From a virus: 64,000 nucleotides of DNA. The notes beneath the pieces were generated by a model that was not told the DNA's origin, made no database searches, and saw only the letters and a list, made by a program, of their open reading frames with translations. Both the position numbers and the translations under genes were made by a program. The stretch lies in IMG/VR virus record IMGVR_UViG_3300046786_000502, positions 1 through 64,000 of that record. One strand, given 5' to 3'. The stretch's first letter is position 1. Each line of letters starts with the position of its first letter. Positions 39,634-49,663 of this stretch are shown one piece after another.

Positions 39634-40287
39634 ATGGGTGTAATTAAAGGGCTAAAGGATATCAATGCAATCCTTGATAAGCCAAAATTCGAAGGTACAG
39701 GAACAAAGGTTCGTTGGGTCAAGCTTGCAGATGGTCAGGCTGCTAAGATCCGTTTCGTTGAGGAGCTAGACTCTGATTCAGCACACTACGATGAGGCACG
39801 TGGCCTCTCAGTAGTTATTGCACAGCACACTAATCCAAAGGACTACAAGCGTATGGCTGCTTGTACCATGGAGACTGAAGGTCGTTGCTTTGCATGTGAA
39901 ATGGCTCGTAAGGAGCCAAAGGCTGGATGGCGTTCAAAGCTTCGCTTCTATTGCAACGTACTTGTTGACGATGGCCTAGAGGCACCATACATTGCAGTTT
40001 GGTCACAGGGCGTTACCAAGCAGTCAGCATTCAACACAATTCGTGAGTACGCACTAGAGACTGGTTCAGTATCAAATCTTGAGTGGAAGCTAAAGCGTAA
40101 TGGTCAGGGAACTGAAACCAACTACACACTTCTTCCTACCAAGCCAGATTCAGAGCCATTCAAGTGGGGCGAATTTGAATTCCACAACCTAGAGAAGGTT
40201 GTACGTGAAGTGCCTTACCCAGAGCAGGAAGCTTTCTACTTTGGTTTTGACACTCCGTCTGTAACATCAACCAACATCGATTGGTAA
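39634..40287 (+). CDS. Single-stranded DNA-binding protein (gp32-like)
   Basis: KIRF, H...C...CFAC metal site, KLKRNGQGTETNYTL, aromatic/acidic end (IDW); between primase and polymerase. Confidence 0.75.
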   Translation: MGVIKGLKDINAILDKPKFEGTGTKVRWVKLADGQAAKIRFVEELDSDSAHYDEARGLSVVIAQHTNPKDYKRMAACTMETEGRCFACEMARKEPKAGWRSKLRFYCNVLVDDGLEAPYIAVWSQGVTKQSAFNTIREYALETGSVSNLEWKLKRNGQGTETNYTLLPTKPDSEPFKWGEFEFHNLEKVVREVPYPEQEAFYFGFDTPSVTSTNIDW

Positions 40288-40299
40288 TTAAGTTTGATT

Positions 40300-40327
40300 T
40301 GGGGGTGGCTTCGGCTGCCCCCATTTC
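40300..40327 (+). terminator. cUUCGg hairpin after SSB gene
   Basis: TGGGGGTGGC-TTCG-GCTGCCCCCA followed by TTT. Confidence 0.7.
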
Positions 40328-40369
40328 ATCCTATTTTCAAAACAACACTATATACAGAAAAGGAATTAA

Positions 40370-43300
40370 ATGAGTTACGCTGGTCTACACGTCCACACAC
40401 ACTACTCACTATTTGACGGAATTGCAACACCACAGGAATATGTGGACCGTGCCGTAGAGCTGGGAATGCCAGCAATTGCAATCACTGACCATGGAAGTCT
40501 ATCTGGACACCGTGAAATGTATCGTGCTGCTAAAGAAGCAGGAATCAAGCCAATCTTGGGTATCGAGGGGTATATCACAAAGGATCGCTTTGATCACACA
40601 GACAAGAAGGAAAAGAATGATCCTCTTGATCTTAACTACAATCACCTAATTATTATTGCCAAGAACTCTAAGGGTTTGCAGAACCTTAATAAGCTAAATG
40701 AGATTGCTTGGACTGAAGGATTTTATAAGAAGCCACGTATTGACTGGAACATCCTAGAAGAGTATAAGGATGGATTGATCATTACATCTGGATGTTTGTC
40801 TGGAGTACTTGCAAAGGCCATAGAAGCCAATGAGTTTGCGTATGCAAAAGAGCACATTCAGAAATGTAAGAAAATCTTTGGAGATGACTACTACATCGAG
40901 GTAATGCCACACAACCCACCAGAGATTAATAAGGCTCTCCTAGATCTGGCAGATGAGTTTGGCGTAAAGCCAGTTGTAACCCCAGACTGCCATCACTCTG
41001 ACCCATCGCAAAAAGAGATTCAAGAGCTAAAGCTGATTCTTAACTCTTACTCTAATAAGGTTGAAAAGGGTGCAACCTATGATGGTTCTAAGAAGTATGA
41101 CAACCTAATGGACCGTCTTGACTACCTGTATGGTGCTGACCGTCAGATGTCATTTAACAAGTTTGAGATTCATCTACTATCTGATGAAGAAATGCATAAT
41201 GCCATGAAGGCACAGGGCATTGACCGTGAAGATATGTACGAGGCTACTCGTGAGATTGTTAACAAGGTAGAAGACTACAAGATTAAAGACCACCAAGACC
41301 TTCTTCCTGTACAGTATCAAAATCCTAATCAAGAACTTCGTGAGCTTGCAATTGCAGGACTAAAGGAGAGAGGCATTGAGACTGAGGAATATCTTGCAAG
41401 ACTCGAAGAAGAGCTTGAGGTAATTGAGGCTAAGAACTTCGGCCCATACTTCCTTGTAGTACGTTCTATGATTGCATGGGCAAAGAAAGAAGGCATTATG
41501 GTGGGGCCAGGTCGTGGTTCTGCTGCTGGCTCATTGCTTTGCTATGCACTTGGTATTACTGATATTGATCCAATCGAACATGGTCTATTGTTCTTCCGTT
41601 TTATTAATCCAGAGCGTAACGACTTCCCAGATATCGATACAGACATTCAAGACTCACGCCGTGAAGAGGTAAAAGACTATCTTGTTCGTCAGTATAAGCA
41701 CGTAGCATCTATTGCAACATTCTTGCAGTTCCGTGGTAAGGGTATGGTTCGTGACATTGCACGTACACTAAATGTGCCATTGCCAGATGTGAACAAGGTG
41801 CTAAAGGTTGTAGATGACTGGGATGACTATTGCTCATCAAAGCAGTCCGCATGGTTCCGTGAGAAGTATCCAGAGATTGAAACCTATGGAGATTTGCTTC
41901 GTGGTCGTATCCGTGGTACTGGTATTCACGCTGCAGGTGTTGTAACATCGAAGCAGCCTATCTTTAAGTTTGCACCACTAGAAACTAGAACCTCTCCAGG
42001 AAACAAGGAGCGTATCCCAGTTGTGGCGGTAGATATGGAAGAGGCAGAGCGTATTGGTCTAATTAAGATTGACGCACTTGGTCTAAAGACTCTATCTGTA
42101 TTGCGTGATACTCTTGATATTATTGAGGAACGTCATGACAAGAAGATTGATTTGCTATCTGTAGATATGGATGATGCAAATGTTTATCGCATGCTTTCTG
42201 ATGGATACACAAAGGGTGTTTTCCAGTGTGAAGCTACACCATATACAAACCTATTGGTTAAAATGGGAGTGAAGAATCTAGCAGAACTTGCTGCTTCTAA
42301 TGCTCTTGTTCGTCCAGGTGCTGCTAATACTATTGGTAAGGATTACATTGCTCGTAAACAAGGTCGTCAAAATATTGATTACAAGCACCAAGTTATGAAG
42401 TCATTTACTGCAGAAACCTATGGATGTATTCTATACCAGGAACAGGTTATGCAGGCTTGTACAGAACTTGGCGGTATGACAATGGCTGAGGCTGACAAGG
42501 TTCGTAAGATCATTGGTAAGAAGAAGGATGCCAAGGAGTTTGACCAGTTTAAGGACAAGTTTGTCAAGGGTGCATCACGATTCCTATCACCAAACGTTGC
42601 TGAAGACTTGTGGACAGACTTTGAGGCACATGCTGGATACTCTTTTAACAAGTCTCACGCTGTAGCTTATTCAACGCTTTCGTACTGGACAGCATGGCTA
42701 AAGTATCACTATCCTCTAGAGTTTATGTACTCAATTCTTAAGAATGAGAAAGATAAGGATGCACGTACAGAGTATTTGATTGAGACTAAGCGTATGGGTA
42801 TCTCTATTAAGCTGCCACACGTAAATGACTCAGATGCTGACTTCAAGATTGAGGGCAAGGGTATTCGTTTTGGATTGACTGGCATCAAGTATATCTCTGA
42901 CAACATTGCATCTAAGTATATGGCTGCTCGTCCATTTAACTCGTACAAGGAGTTGGAAGAGTTTACATTTGGCAAGGGCAATGGAGTTAATAGTCGTGCA
43001 CTACAGGCAATGAGAGTGGTAGGTGCAGCAACATTCCAGGATCAGCCTAGAAACGATGATGAGATTCGTGAGAACCTGTACGAGTATCTAAACCTACCAG
43101 AATTTAACATTTCAGTACCACAGCACTATCATGCCTTTATTAATGAGGTAGAAGAGTTTGAAGAGAAGGGGTCATTCATCCTAATGGGAATGGTCAAGTC
43201 TATCAAGCGTGGTAAGGGGTGGTCTCGTGTCGAACTACTAGATAAAACAGGAAGCGTAGGTATATTCGATGATGAACAGTCTACAATCGAAACTGGAAAG

Positions 43301-43651
43301 ACATATCTTATTTTGGCTAGCGATAATCGCATTACTGAGGCCATCCAGATTGATGAGATTGGTAAAGCTGATACGCAACCAGCACTTATAAAATATCTTA
43401 ACTATAAGCAATTGCCTTATAAAGATGAAGAACTATTTGTTGTATCGTTCAAGTCACGCATCACAAAGGCTGGCAAGAAGATGGCAACACTTACATTAGC
43501 AGATGCTGCAAGAGAGCTTCACCCAGTGACAGTATTCCCTACAGCATATGCTAAAGCATATATGAAGATTCAAGAAGGGTCTGCATATAAATTTGATTTG
43601 GGTAAGACCAAGGATGGAACAGTAATTATGGAGGATGTACATGCAATTTGA
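40370..43651 (+). CDS. dnaE: DNA polymerase III alpha subunit (family C)
   Basis: PHP motifs LHVHTHYSLFDG and AITDHG; GPGRGSAAGS, FPDIDTD, GIHAAG, KIDALGL, YSFNKSHA. Confidence 0.97.
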   Translation: MSYAGLHVHTHYSLFDGIATPQEYVDRAVELGMPAIAITDHGSLSGHREMYRAAKEAGIKPILGIEGYITKDRFDHTDKKEKNDPLDLNYNHLIIIAKNSKGLQNLNKLNEIAWTEGFYKKPRIDWNILEEYKDGLIITSGCLSGVLAKAIEANEFAYAKEHIQKCKKIFGDDYYIEVMPHNPPEINKALLDLADEFGVKPVVTPDCHHSDPSQKEIQELKLILNSYSNKVEKGATYDGSKKYDNLMDRLDYLYGADRQMSFNKFEIHLLSDEEMHNAMKAQGIDREDMYEATREIVNKVEDYKIKDHQDLLPVQYQNPNQELRELAIAGLKERGIETEEYLARLEEELEVIEAKNFGPYFLVVRSMIAWAKKEGIMVGPGRGSAAGSLLCYALGITDIDPIEHGLLFFRFINPERNDFPDIDTDIQDSRREEVKDYLVRQYKHVASIATFLQFRGKGMVRDIARTLNVPLPDVNKVLKVVDDWDDYCSSKQSAWFREKYPEIETYGDLLRGRIRGTGIHAAGVVTSKQPIFKFAPLETRTSPGNKERIPVVAVDMEEAERIGLIKIDALGLKTLSVLRDTLDIIEERHDKKIDLLSVDMDDANVYRMLSDGYTKGVFQCEATPYTNLLVKMGVKNLAELAASNALVRPGAANTIGKDYIARKQGRQNIDYKHQVMKSFTAETYGCILYQEQVMQACTELGGMTMAEADKVRKIIGKKKDAKEFDQFKDKFVKGASRFLSPNVAEDLWTDFEAHAGYSFNKSHAVAYSTLSYWTAWLKYHYPLEFMYSILKNEKDKDARTEYLIETKRMGISIKLPHVNDSDADFKIEGKGIRFGLTGIKYISDNIASKYMAARPFNSYKELEEFTFGKGNGVNSRALQAMRVVGAATFQDQPRNDDEIRENLYEYLNLPEFNISVPQHYHAFINEVEEFEEKGSFILMGMVKSIKRGKGWSRVELLDKTGSVGIFDDEQSTIETGKTYLILASDNRITEAIQIDEIGKADTQPALIKYLNYKQLPYKDEELFVVSFKSRITKAGKKMATLTLADAARELHPVTVFPTAYAKAYMKIQEGSAYKFDLGKTKDGTVIMEDVHAI

Positions 43652-43961
43652 TGATTGGGCAGAAGAGCTACACAAGACTGCCGTAGCAAAAGGTTTTTGG
43701 CCTGAAGATGTAGATGATATCTTTATTACCAAACAGTTGATGATGATTGTGTCAGAGGCTGTAGAGGTAATGGAAGCTATCCGTAAGGACAAGGGAGAAG
43801 ACCAGATCGCTGATGAGATGGCAGATATCCTCATCCGTACTTTTGACCTGTATGCAGGACTTGTAGAAAACGGGTATACTAAGACTTCCCTAGATTATGC
43901 TATGGAAAAGAAAACTAACTTTAACAAAACCAGACCAGAAAGACACGGTGTAAAATTCTAA
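43641..43961 (+). CDS. MazG-like nucleotide pyrophosphohydrolase
   Basis: SEAVEVMEAIRK...DEMADILIR all-alpha NTP-PPase motif; start placed after GGAGG. Confidence 0.85.
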   Translation: MQFDDWAEELHKTAVAKGFWPEDVDDIFITKQLMMIVSEAVEVMEAIRKDKGEDQIADEMADILIRTFDLYAGLVENGYTKTSLDYAMEKKTNFNKTRPERHGVKF

Positions 43962-44188
43962 TGATTAAAGTATATACAAATGTAAATTGTGTTCAGTGTG
44001 ACCAAACAAAGAAGTTTTTGGATAACGCAGGAATTGATTATGAGGTAAGGCCATTTGCTGACTACCCAGAAGAGCTTGCAAAGTTTGTTGAGCAAGGATT
44101 CAAGGCAGCACCAATTGTCGAAACTGATAATGATGTATGGTCTGGATTTAAGATTGATAAGCTAAAAGCTTTAGAGGTATCTGAATAA
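43961..44188 (+). CDS. nrdH: NrdH glutaredoxin-like protein
   Basis: CVQC active site, APIV, WSGF. Confidence 0.92.
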   Translation: MIKVYTNVNCVQCDQTKKFLDNAGIDYEVRPFADYPEELAKFVEQGFKAAPIVETDNDVWSGFKIDKLKALEVSE

Positions 44189-45201
44189 TGGCAGTAACTG
44201 TAGAAGATGTTTTGGCACAACTAAATCCAAAACTACGTAAAAATATTATGGTTGGCGACTCAGTTCCTGAAACTGAATTTCAACCAACACCAAGCTTTGG
44301 CTTGAATAGAGCACTTAATGGTGGATTGCCGTATGGTCGCCAGGTACTAATTTGGGGATCAAAGTCATCAGCCAAGTCATCAGTATGCCTACAAACAATT
44401 GCTCTTGCACAAAAAGAGGGAAAGATCTGTGCATGGATCGATGCTGAGATGTCATACGATAAGTCGTGGGCAGAGCGTCTAGGGGTAGATACATCTAAGC
44501 TAATTGTCTCTCAGGCACGTACAATTAATGACATGGTAGATGTTGGCGTACAGCTAATGGAAGCAGGAGTAGACATCATCGTTGTTGACTCTATCACATC
44601 CTTGCTTCCTGCAATCTATTTTGAAAAAGACTCTGATGAGCTTAAGCAGCTAGAAAATACTAAGCAGATTGGTGCAGAGGCACGTGACTTTAGCAATGCA
44701 GTTAAGATGCTTAACTATGCCAATAACAAGGTAAAGCCAACGCTGCTTATCTTTATTAGTCAGTCTAGAAATAACATTAGTGCAATGTATACCAGCCAGC
44801 AACCAACAGGTGGAACGTCTGTCAAGTTCTATTCATCCACAATTATTAGATTGTTCTCATCTGAATCAGATAATCAAGCAATTAAGGGGAAGATTAGTGT
44901 CGGAGATAAACTCATTGAAGAAAAGATTGGTAGAAAAGTTCGTTGGGACCTACAGTTCTCTAAGACTTCTCCTGCTTTCCAAGGTGGCGAGTATGACTTC
45001 TATTTTAGAGGCGATGACCTTGGCGTTGACAGTGTTGGTGATCTTGTTGACACAGCAGAATCAGTAGGCCTTGTATCACGTACAGGAGCCTGGTATCAGC
45101 TAGAAGACGGTACAAAGATCCAGGGTAGAGAGGCTTTTGTGGCTAGAGTAAAGGAAGATCTAGACCTACAAGATTCACTTAAGGCAAAACTTAATGGCTA
45201 A
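44188..45201 (+). CDS. recA: RecA/UvsX-like recombinase
   Basis: LNGGLPYGR, variant P-loop GSKSSAKS, WIDAE, VVDSI, TGG..VKFYSS, GAWY. Confidence 0.93.
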   Translation: MAVTVEDVLAQLNPKLRKNIMVGDSVPETEFQPTPSFGLNRALNGGLPYGRQVLIWGSKSSAKSSVCLQTIALAQKEGKICAWIDAEMSYDKSWAERLGVDTSKLIVSQARTINDMVDVGVQLMEAGVDIIVVDSITSLLPAIYFEKDSDELKQLENTKQIGAEARDFSNAVKMLNYANNKVKPTLLIFISQSRNNISAMYTSQQPTGGTSVKFYSSTIIRLFSSESDNQAIKGKISVGDKLIEEKIGRKVRWDLQFSKTSPAFQGGEYDFYFRGDDLGVDSVGDLVDTAESVGLVSRTGAWYQLEDGTKIQGREAFVARVKEDLDLQDSLKAKLNG

Positions 45202-45364
45202 ATATTCTGTTTATGCTGGAGAGTTCTTATGCCATACCTGCAAAGAAAACGTTAAGAGTATGAGGCTATACCCAGAAACCTACGAAGTTAGCTGGATGTG
45301 TTCTCAGAAGCACCTTACTCGTGTTATAATATACAAGAAGAAAACGAAAAAAGACTATGAGTGA
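45194..45364 (+). CDS. Small zinc-ribbon protein, 56 aa
   Basis: Not in the ORF track. MAKYSVYAGEFLCHTCKENV...WMCSQKH; fills the gap between recA and the resolvase with overlaps at both ends. Confidence 0.7.
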   Translation: MAKYSVYAGEFLCHTCKENVKSMRLYPETYEVSWMCSQKHLTRVIIYKKKTKKDYE

Positions 45365-45647
45365 ACGAGGCGAGAGCAAGCGTATTGGTGCCAAGCAGCA
45401 TAAGAATTCTGGTAGAAACACCCACAAGGGTGATGCTACATGGAAAAACTTTACTGTTGATTTTAAAGAGGTTGGAAAATCTTTTACAATCAATAAAGAT
45501 GTTTGGGCCAAGGCAAGTACTGATGCCATCAAAAATGGCAACGATCCTGCCATCTTTATTGTCTTGGGTAGCGAAGGAACAAAGACACGCCTAGCAGTTA
45601 TTGAGTTATCTTTACTAGAACAAATAATGGAGGATAGCAATGAATGA
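45357..45647 (+). CDS. PD-(D/E)xK nuclease, Holliday junction resolvase-like
   Basis: NSGR...KGDA...VDFKE motif in a small protein. Confidence 0.7.
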   Translation: MSERGESKRIGAKQHKNSGRNTHKGDATWKNFTVDFKEVGKSFTINKDVWAKASTDAIKNGNDPAIFIVLGSEGTKTRLAVIELSLLEQIMEDSNE

Positions 45648-46200
45648 TGTAGTTATTCGTAACCTGTTCAGTCCTGAAGAGATTGCACAGCTAAAGGATT
45701 TCTTTGCCAATGAAAAAGCAATCAGAAAGATGATATCTGCTGAGGACGCTGACGTAAATCAATACCATACATTTGAATATACTATTAATAATCAAACTCT
45801 TGGCAAAATAATTATCGATATTACTGGTTCAGATATACCAGATAATATAGTTAAGACAATTCAGTCTAAGGTGCCAGAGCACTGGGGTATTGGTAAGCCA
45901 CTATCATTGGCATATACAGAATATTCTAAAGCATATGGTAAGCCAGTGCTACCTGTACATAAAGACAGAGCAGATAACCTTCTAGTTGATTATCAGCTAG
46001 AAACAAATACTGAGTGGCCATTAATTTTGGATGAGGATCATAGAGAGGTCATCCTTCAGGACAATGACGCTCTTGTATGCGAGCCATACAATCAACTGCA
46101 TGGTAGACCAGAAAAAACTTTTAACGATGGAGAAAAGGTGGCTATGCTATTCTTCTATTTCGTGTATAATGGTAATAAAGAGGAGTACAAATACTTATGA
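45640..46200 (+). CDS. Putative Fe(II)/2OG oxygenase
   Basis: LPVHKD...WPL...NQLHGRP (HxD...H). Confidence 0.65.
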   Translation: MNDVVIRNLFSPEEIAQLKDFFANEKAIRKMISAEDADVNQYHTFEYTINNQTLGKIIIDITGSDIPDNIVKTIQSKVPEHWGIGKPLSLAYTEYSKAYGKPVLPVHKDRADNLLVDYQLETNTEWPLILDEDHREVILQDNDALVCEPYNQLHGRPEKTFNDGEKVAMLFFYFVYNGNKEEYKYL

Positions 46201-47006
46201 TTAATAACCAAAGACCATACAATCCAGCACCCATGCATAAGTGGCTAACGGATTTTGACAAATATAATAAAACACTGCCAATCTATATTGAGAAGCCATT
46301 CTCAGATGATCAGGTAGCAGAACTGCGTAATGTAATCGAAAAGAACAGACAGCTAATGTATGATAACTCATACTATGCAATGCCAGGTTCTCAGGAGCAA
46401 TATTACGGTCAGTCACGCTTTCATCCAAAAAAGATTGTTCACATGTCAAGGCTGCTGATTGAATTCTTGTGTCCACCATCAATTGAGCAGACAATGGATT
46501 CATATGCAAAGCCTTTGCACCAGGATCCAGTTAGGCTGACACACTTCAACTACATCGACTATAACATGAAGTATGGTGATGGAAAGAATGCACCATCACT
46601 TCCACCACACTTGGATGCAGACGAGAATCTGGTAACATTTAACTACTGCCTTGATCAGAACATCGAAGACTGGACTTTGTGGGTAGACGATAAAGAGTAT
46701 AACCTTAAGAAGGGTGATGCCATTATCTTTAGTGCTGTGAATCAGGTTCACTGGAGACCAAAGCGTAAGTGGAAAGAGGGAGAGTTCTGCGAGATTGTAA
46801 GTTTTGATTACTGTCCAGTAACAAATTACAGATGGACTGGCATGGACAATCCTCTTGATGGACAGCTAAACTTCGAGGGCAGAGAAGCCTACGGAAGAGA
46901 AGTAGCTGCACATCCAAAGATGGTTGCAGCATGGGAGATCTATAACGCTATGGGACTTGAGGCTGGAATTCCACAAAACGAGATTGCAGGCTTTGTGAAT
47001 GAGTAA
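46197..47006 (+). CDS. Putative Fe(II)/2OG oxygenase, paralogue of upstream gene
   Basis: LPPHLD...WTL...GDAIIF...NQVHWRP. Confidence 0.68.
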   Translation: MINNQRPYNPAPMHKWLTDFDKYNKTLPIYIEKPFSDDQVAELRNVIEKNRQLMYDNSYYAMPGSQEQYYGQSRFHPKKIVHMSRLLIEFLCPPSIEQTMDSYAKPLHQDPVRLTHFNYIDYNMKYGDGKNAPSLPPHLDADENLVTFNYCLDQNIEDWTLWVDDKEYNLKKGDAIIFSAVNQVHWRPKRKWKEGEFCEIVSFDYCPVTNYRWTGMDNPLDGQLNFEGREAYGREVAAHPKMVAAWEIYNAMGLEAGIPQNEIAGFVNE

Positions 47007-47301
47007 TGAAACAACACTAGATATGATCAATGGTCTAGCGGACATTGCTGATTACATGCAAGATGAAGAGCTAACTACAGCACTTACATTTATTGCGAAG
47101 TTAATAGTTAAACCAGACATTCCTTTGAATGTCGCAACAATTGAGATCGTACGCCTACAGGCAATTGCTGCTAAAATGTCTTTTAAGGCAACCTGGATGG
47201 CTAACGTAGATAAGGGAGATAGAGCGAAGAAAAACTTGTACTTTACTGCTGCAGAATCAATCAATAACTTGGTTGCTGCCCTAAAGTACATAACTCGCTA
47301 G
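46999..47301 (+). CDS. Hypothetical helical protein
   Basis: Clean ORF overlapping the upstream gene, typical codon use. Confidence 0.7.
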   Translation: MSNETTLDMINGLADIADYMQDEELTTALTFIAKLIVKPDIPLNVATIEIVRLQAIAAKMSFKATWMANVDKGDRAKKNLYFTAAESINNLVAALKYITR

Positions 47302-47308
47302 TGGTATT

Positions 47309-48142
47309 ATGGCTAAAAATTTATTGAGTCAGGTAATGGAAAGAAAGTTAACTGACAAAGACAATACTTTTATTAATCACGAGCAATTTATTCAGAAGCT
47401 AAATTCTGGATATCTTGTTGGTAGAGAAACTAAGTATCAAAAGAAGAAGACCTTTGCACCAAGCACTATTGCGTATTCTCATGGAGAATGTCCACGCTAT
47501 TGGTACTTGGCATTTGACGGAGGTAACTTTGAAGACTTTGCTGACCCATATGGTGTAGCAAACATGACAGCTGGAACTCTGTCTCACGATAGAATTCAGA
47601 GTGCTATGATGAAATCTGGTATTGCCAAGAAGTTTGTAGACGATAATGGCAATGAGACAACTGAGTTCAAGATCACGAGCCAGGACCCACCTATCTTTGG
47701 ATACGGTGATGCCATGGTTCTTTGGAATGATGAAGAGCTTGTTGGTGAAATTAAGACAATGCCAAATGAGGGATTTGAGTATAGAAAAACTGCAGGAAAG
47801 CCTAAGACTGGCCACCTTGTGCAGATTCTTATCTATATGAAGATTCTTGGCAAGTCTAGGGGAGTTCTTATATATGAGAATAAGAACAACCATGACCTGA
47901 TTCTATTTCCTATCGAAGTAAAACCAGGCAGCTATTATGTATCGTGGGTAAACAACGCATTTGATTGGATGCGAACAGTTCGTAAGGCATGGGCAGACAG
48001 AACAATGCCTGAAAAGAACTATCGATCTAATTCAAAAATCTGTAAGACATGTCCTCTAAAGGCTACATGTGCAGAGGTTGGCAAGGGAGATATTAAAATT
48101 AAGTCCTTGGAGCCAATCGATGAAACATTGCCAATGGTGTGA
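47309..48142 (+). CDS. Cas4-like PD-(D/E)xK exonuclease (solo, phage type)
   Basis: CPRYW, GTLSH, GYGD...EIKT, QILIY and a C-terminal CKTCPLKATC cluster. Confidence 0.85.
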   Translation: MAKNLLSQVMERKLTDKDNTFINHEQFIQKLNSGYLVGRETKYQKKKTFAPSTIAYSHGECPRYWYLAFDGGNFEDFADPYGVANMTAGTLSHDRIQSAMMKSGIAKKFVDDNGNETTEFKITSQDPPIFGYGDAMVLWNDEELVGEIKTMPNEGFEYRKTAGKPKTGHLVQILIYMKILGKSRGVLIYENKNNHDLILFPIEVKPGSYYVSWVNNAFDWMRTVRKAWADRTMPEKNYRSNSKICKTCPLKATCAEVGKGDIKIKSLEPIDETLPMV

Positions 48143-48443
48143 CACACAGTTTAAGCCAAAAACTTCTTATCAAATATATTGTTCTGTAGCCTGTAGAGAC
48201 GCAGCAACTAAAGAAAAGATTGCAGCCAGATACGAGCAGACACGCAGAGAAAGACGTAAGAATCGAGATCGCAAGTGTAAGATTTGCGATACGATATTGT
48301 CAATATATAATGATGAGAAAGTTTGTGAATCTTGTATTGTAGATCCAAAAGAAGTTAATAAAGTTTTAAGACAAATAAAGGGAATAGTTAATGGGAAATC
48401 TAGCATCATTAATTGGGAAACCGAAGAGAATCCTGGCAATTGA
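48120..48443 (+). CDS. Cys-rich zinc-finger protein
   Basis: Start moved to ATG 48120; CQWC...YCSVAC...CKIC...CESC. Confidence 0.7.
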   Translation: MKHCQWCDTQFKPKTSYQIYCSVACRDAATKEKIAARYEQTRRERRKNRDRKCKICDTILSIYNDEKVCESCIVDPKEVNKVLRQIKGIVNGKSSIINWETEENPGN

Positions 48444-48969
48444 TGCTAGCACATCCAGCCTAGCATTCTCTTTATTTGACTCAAAAGAATTAGTTTCTTT
48501 TGGAAAAATAAAATATACAGGAATAACAACTTACGATAAAGTTATTGATGCCTGCAAAAAGACTAAGGGATTTCTAGATGCCTATCAGTCTATAGATGCA
48601 ATTGTCATTGAGCACACTGTGTTTATGAATAGTCCAAAGACTGCTGCAGACCTAGCACTTGTACAGGGTGCACTGCTAGGTGCTGCAGGTCTTTCTGGGG
48701 TATCTATAATAAAGTCGGTAGCACCAATTACATGGCAGAACTATATTGGCAATAAGAAGTTGACTAAGGAAGAAAAGCTTGAAGTGCGTAAAGAATACCC
48801 TGGCAAGTCTGAGTCATGGTATAAGACACATGAGAGAAATCTCAGAAAAGAAAAGACTATTAATTATATTAATATTCAATATGATAGGGTGGTCAGCGAT
48901 CCTGACGTTGCTGACGCTATTGGCATTGGGCATTATGCTATAAATAACTGGGACAGGTTGACAAACTAA
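48391..48969 (+). CDS. ruvC: RuvC-like Holliday junction resolvase
   Basis: ILAIDAS, IVIE, LALVQG, DVADAIGIG. Confidence 0.85.
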   Translation: MGNLASLIGKPKRILAIDASTSSLAFSLFDSKELVSFGKIKYTGITTYDKVIDACKKTKGFLDAYQSIDAIVIEHTVFMNSPKTAADLALVQGALLGAAGLSGVSIIKSVAPITWQNYIGNKKLTKEEKLEVRKEYPGKSESWYKTHERNLRKEKTINYINIQYDRVVSDPDVADAIGIGHYAINNWDRLTN

Positions 48970-48986
48970 TGGCAAAGCTGTATACT
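48958..48986 (+). promoter_or_regulatory. Sigma70-type promoter
   Basis: TTGACA-N17-TATACT, overlapping the start of the small HTH gene. Confidence 0.6.
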
Positions 48987-49121
48987 AATGAGACGTGGTT
49001 GAGAAAGAGATTTCTCGTAGACAGAAAATCACCAGAGGACATTGCTAAAGAGTGTGGTGTTAGCATGGAAACTATTTATGTTTATTTAGCTAAATTTGGA
49101 CTAAGAAAGAGTAAGCGATGA
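48969..49121 (+). CDS. Small HTH DNA-binding protein, 50 aa
   Basis: Not in the ORF track. MAKLYTNETWLRKRFLVDRKSPEDIAKECGVSMETIYVYLAKFGL; TAATG and ATGA overlaps. Confidence 0.8.
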   Translation: MAKLYTNETWLRKRFLVDRKSPEDIAKECGVSMETIYVYLAKFGLRKSKR

Positions 49122-49354
49122 GTAATAAGTTAAAGATCACAGTGGATCAAGTAAATCACCCAACGCACTATACCAGCCACCCCAGCGGTATTGAGGCACT
49201 ACAAATAACAAGACACATGAATTTCAACCTAGGGAATGCTATGAAGTATATTTGGCGAGCTGGGATTAAGAGTGAAGAGAAGCATATCGAAGATCTTGAG
49301 AAAGCAATCTTCTATATTCAGGACGAGATTAAGCGTATTAAGGGTGAGTTTTAG
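49118..49354 (+). CDS. DUF3310-like phage protein
   Basis: VNHPTHYT...GNAMKYIWRAG.K...EDLEKAIFYI. Confidence 0.85.
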   Translation: MSNKLKITVDQVNHPTHYTSHPSGIEALQITRHMNFNLGNAMKYIWRAGIKSEEKHIEDLEKAIFYIQDEIKRIKGEF

Positions 49355-49663
49355 TTGGCACGTAAGAAGGCTTTTGCAGAACCACTAGAGACTAAATTTT
49401 CTAGAGAGTTCTCAATGGAGGTTAATGGGTTTGAGATTAACCGTGGTGATATAATTAAGATTAGTGGAGAATATGGCCTCAAGTTTAAATTTGATGCTAT
49501 TGTTACCAACAAGGAGACTGGCTCAAAATGGGTAGACTGCTTCGAAATCCATCGAGGTATGTCTCATTCATATAGGTCATTTGATATGGGCAGGGTAAAA
49601 AGAATTCCACAGAAGGGCAAACGAGGTGTACGAAAGAATACAGCACAAGTCGTATCCAACTAA
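49355..49663 (+). CDS. Hypothetical protein
   Basis: TTG start right after the upstream stop; RGDIIKISGE...WVDCFE. Confidence 0.65.
   Translation: MARKKAFAEPLETKFSREFSMEVNGFEINRGDIIKISGEYGLKFKFDAIVTNKETGSKWVDCFEIHRGMSHSYRSFDMGRVKRIPQKGKRGVRKNTAQVVSN

Noticed and set aside
47309-48142. CRISPR-Cas system
   Set aside because: A solo Cas4-like nuclease among recombination genes; no cas1/cas2 or array seen.
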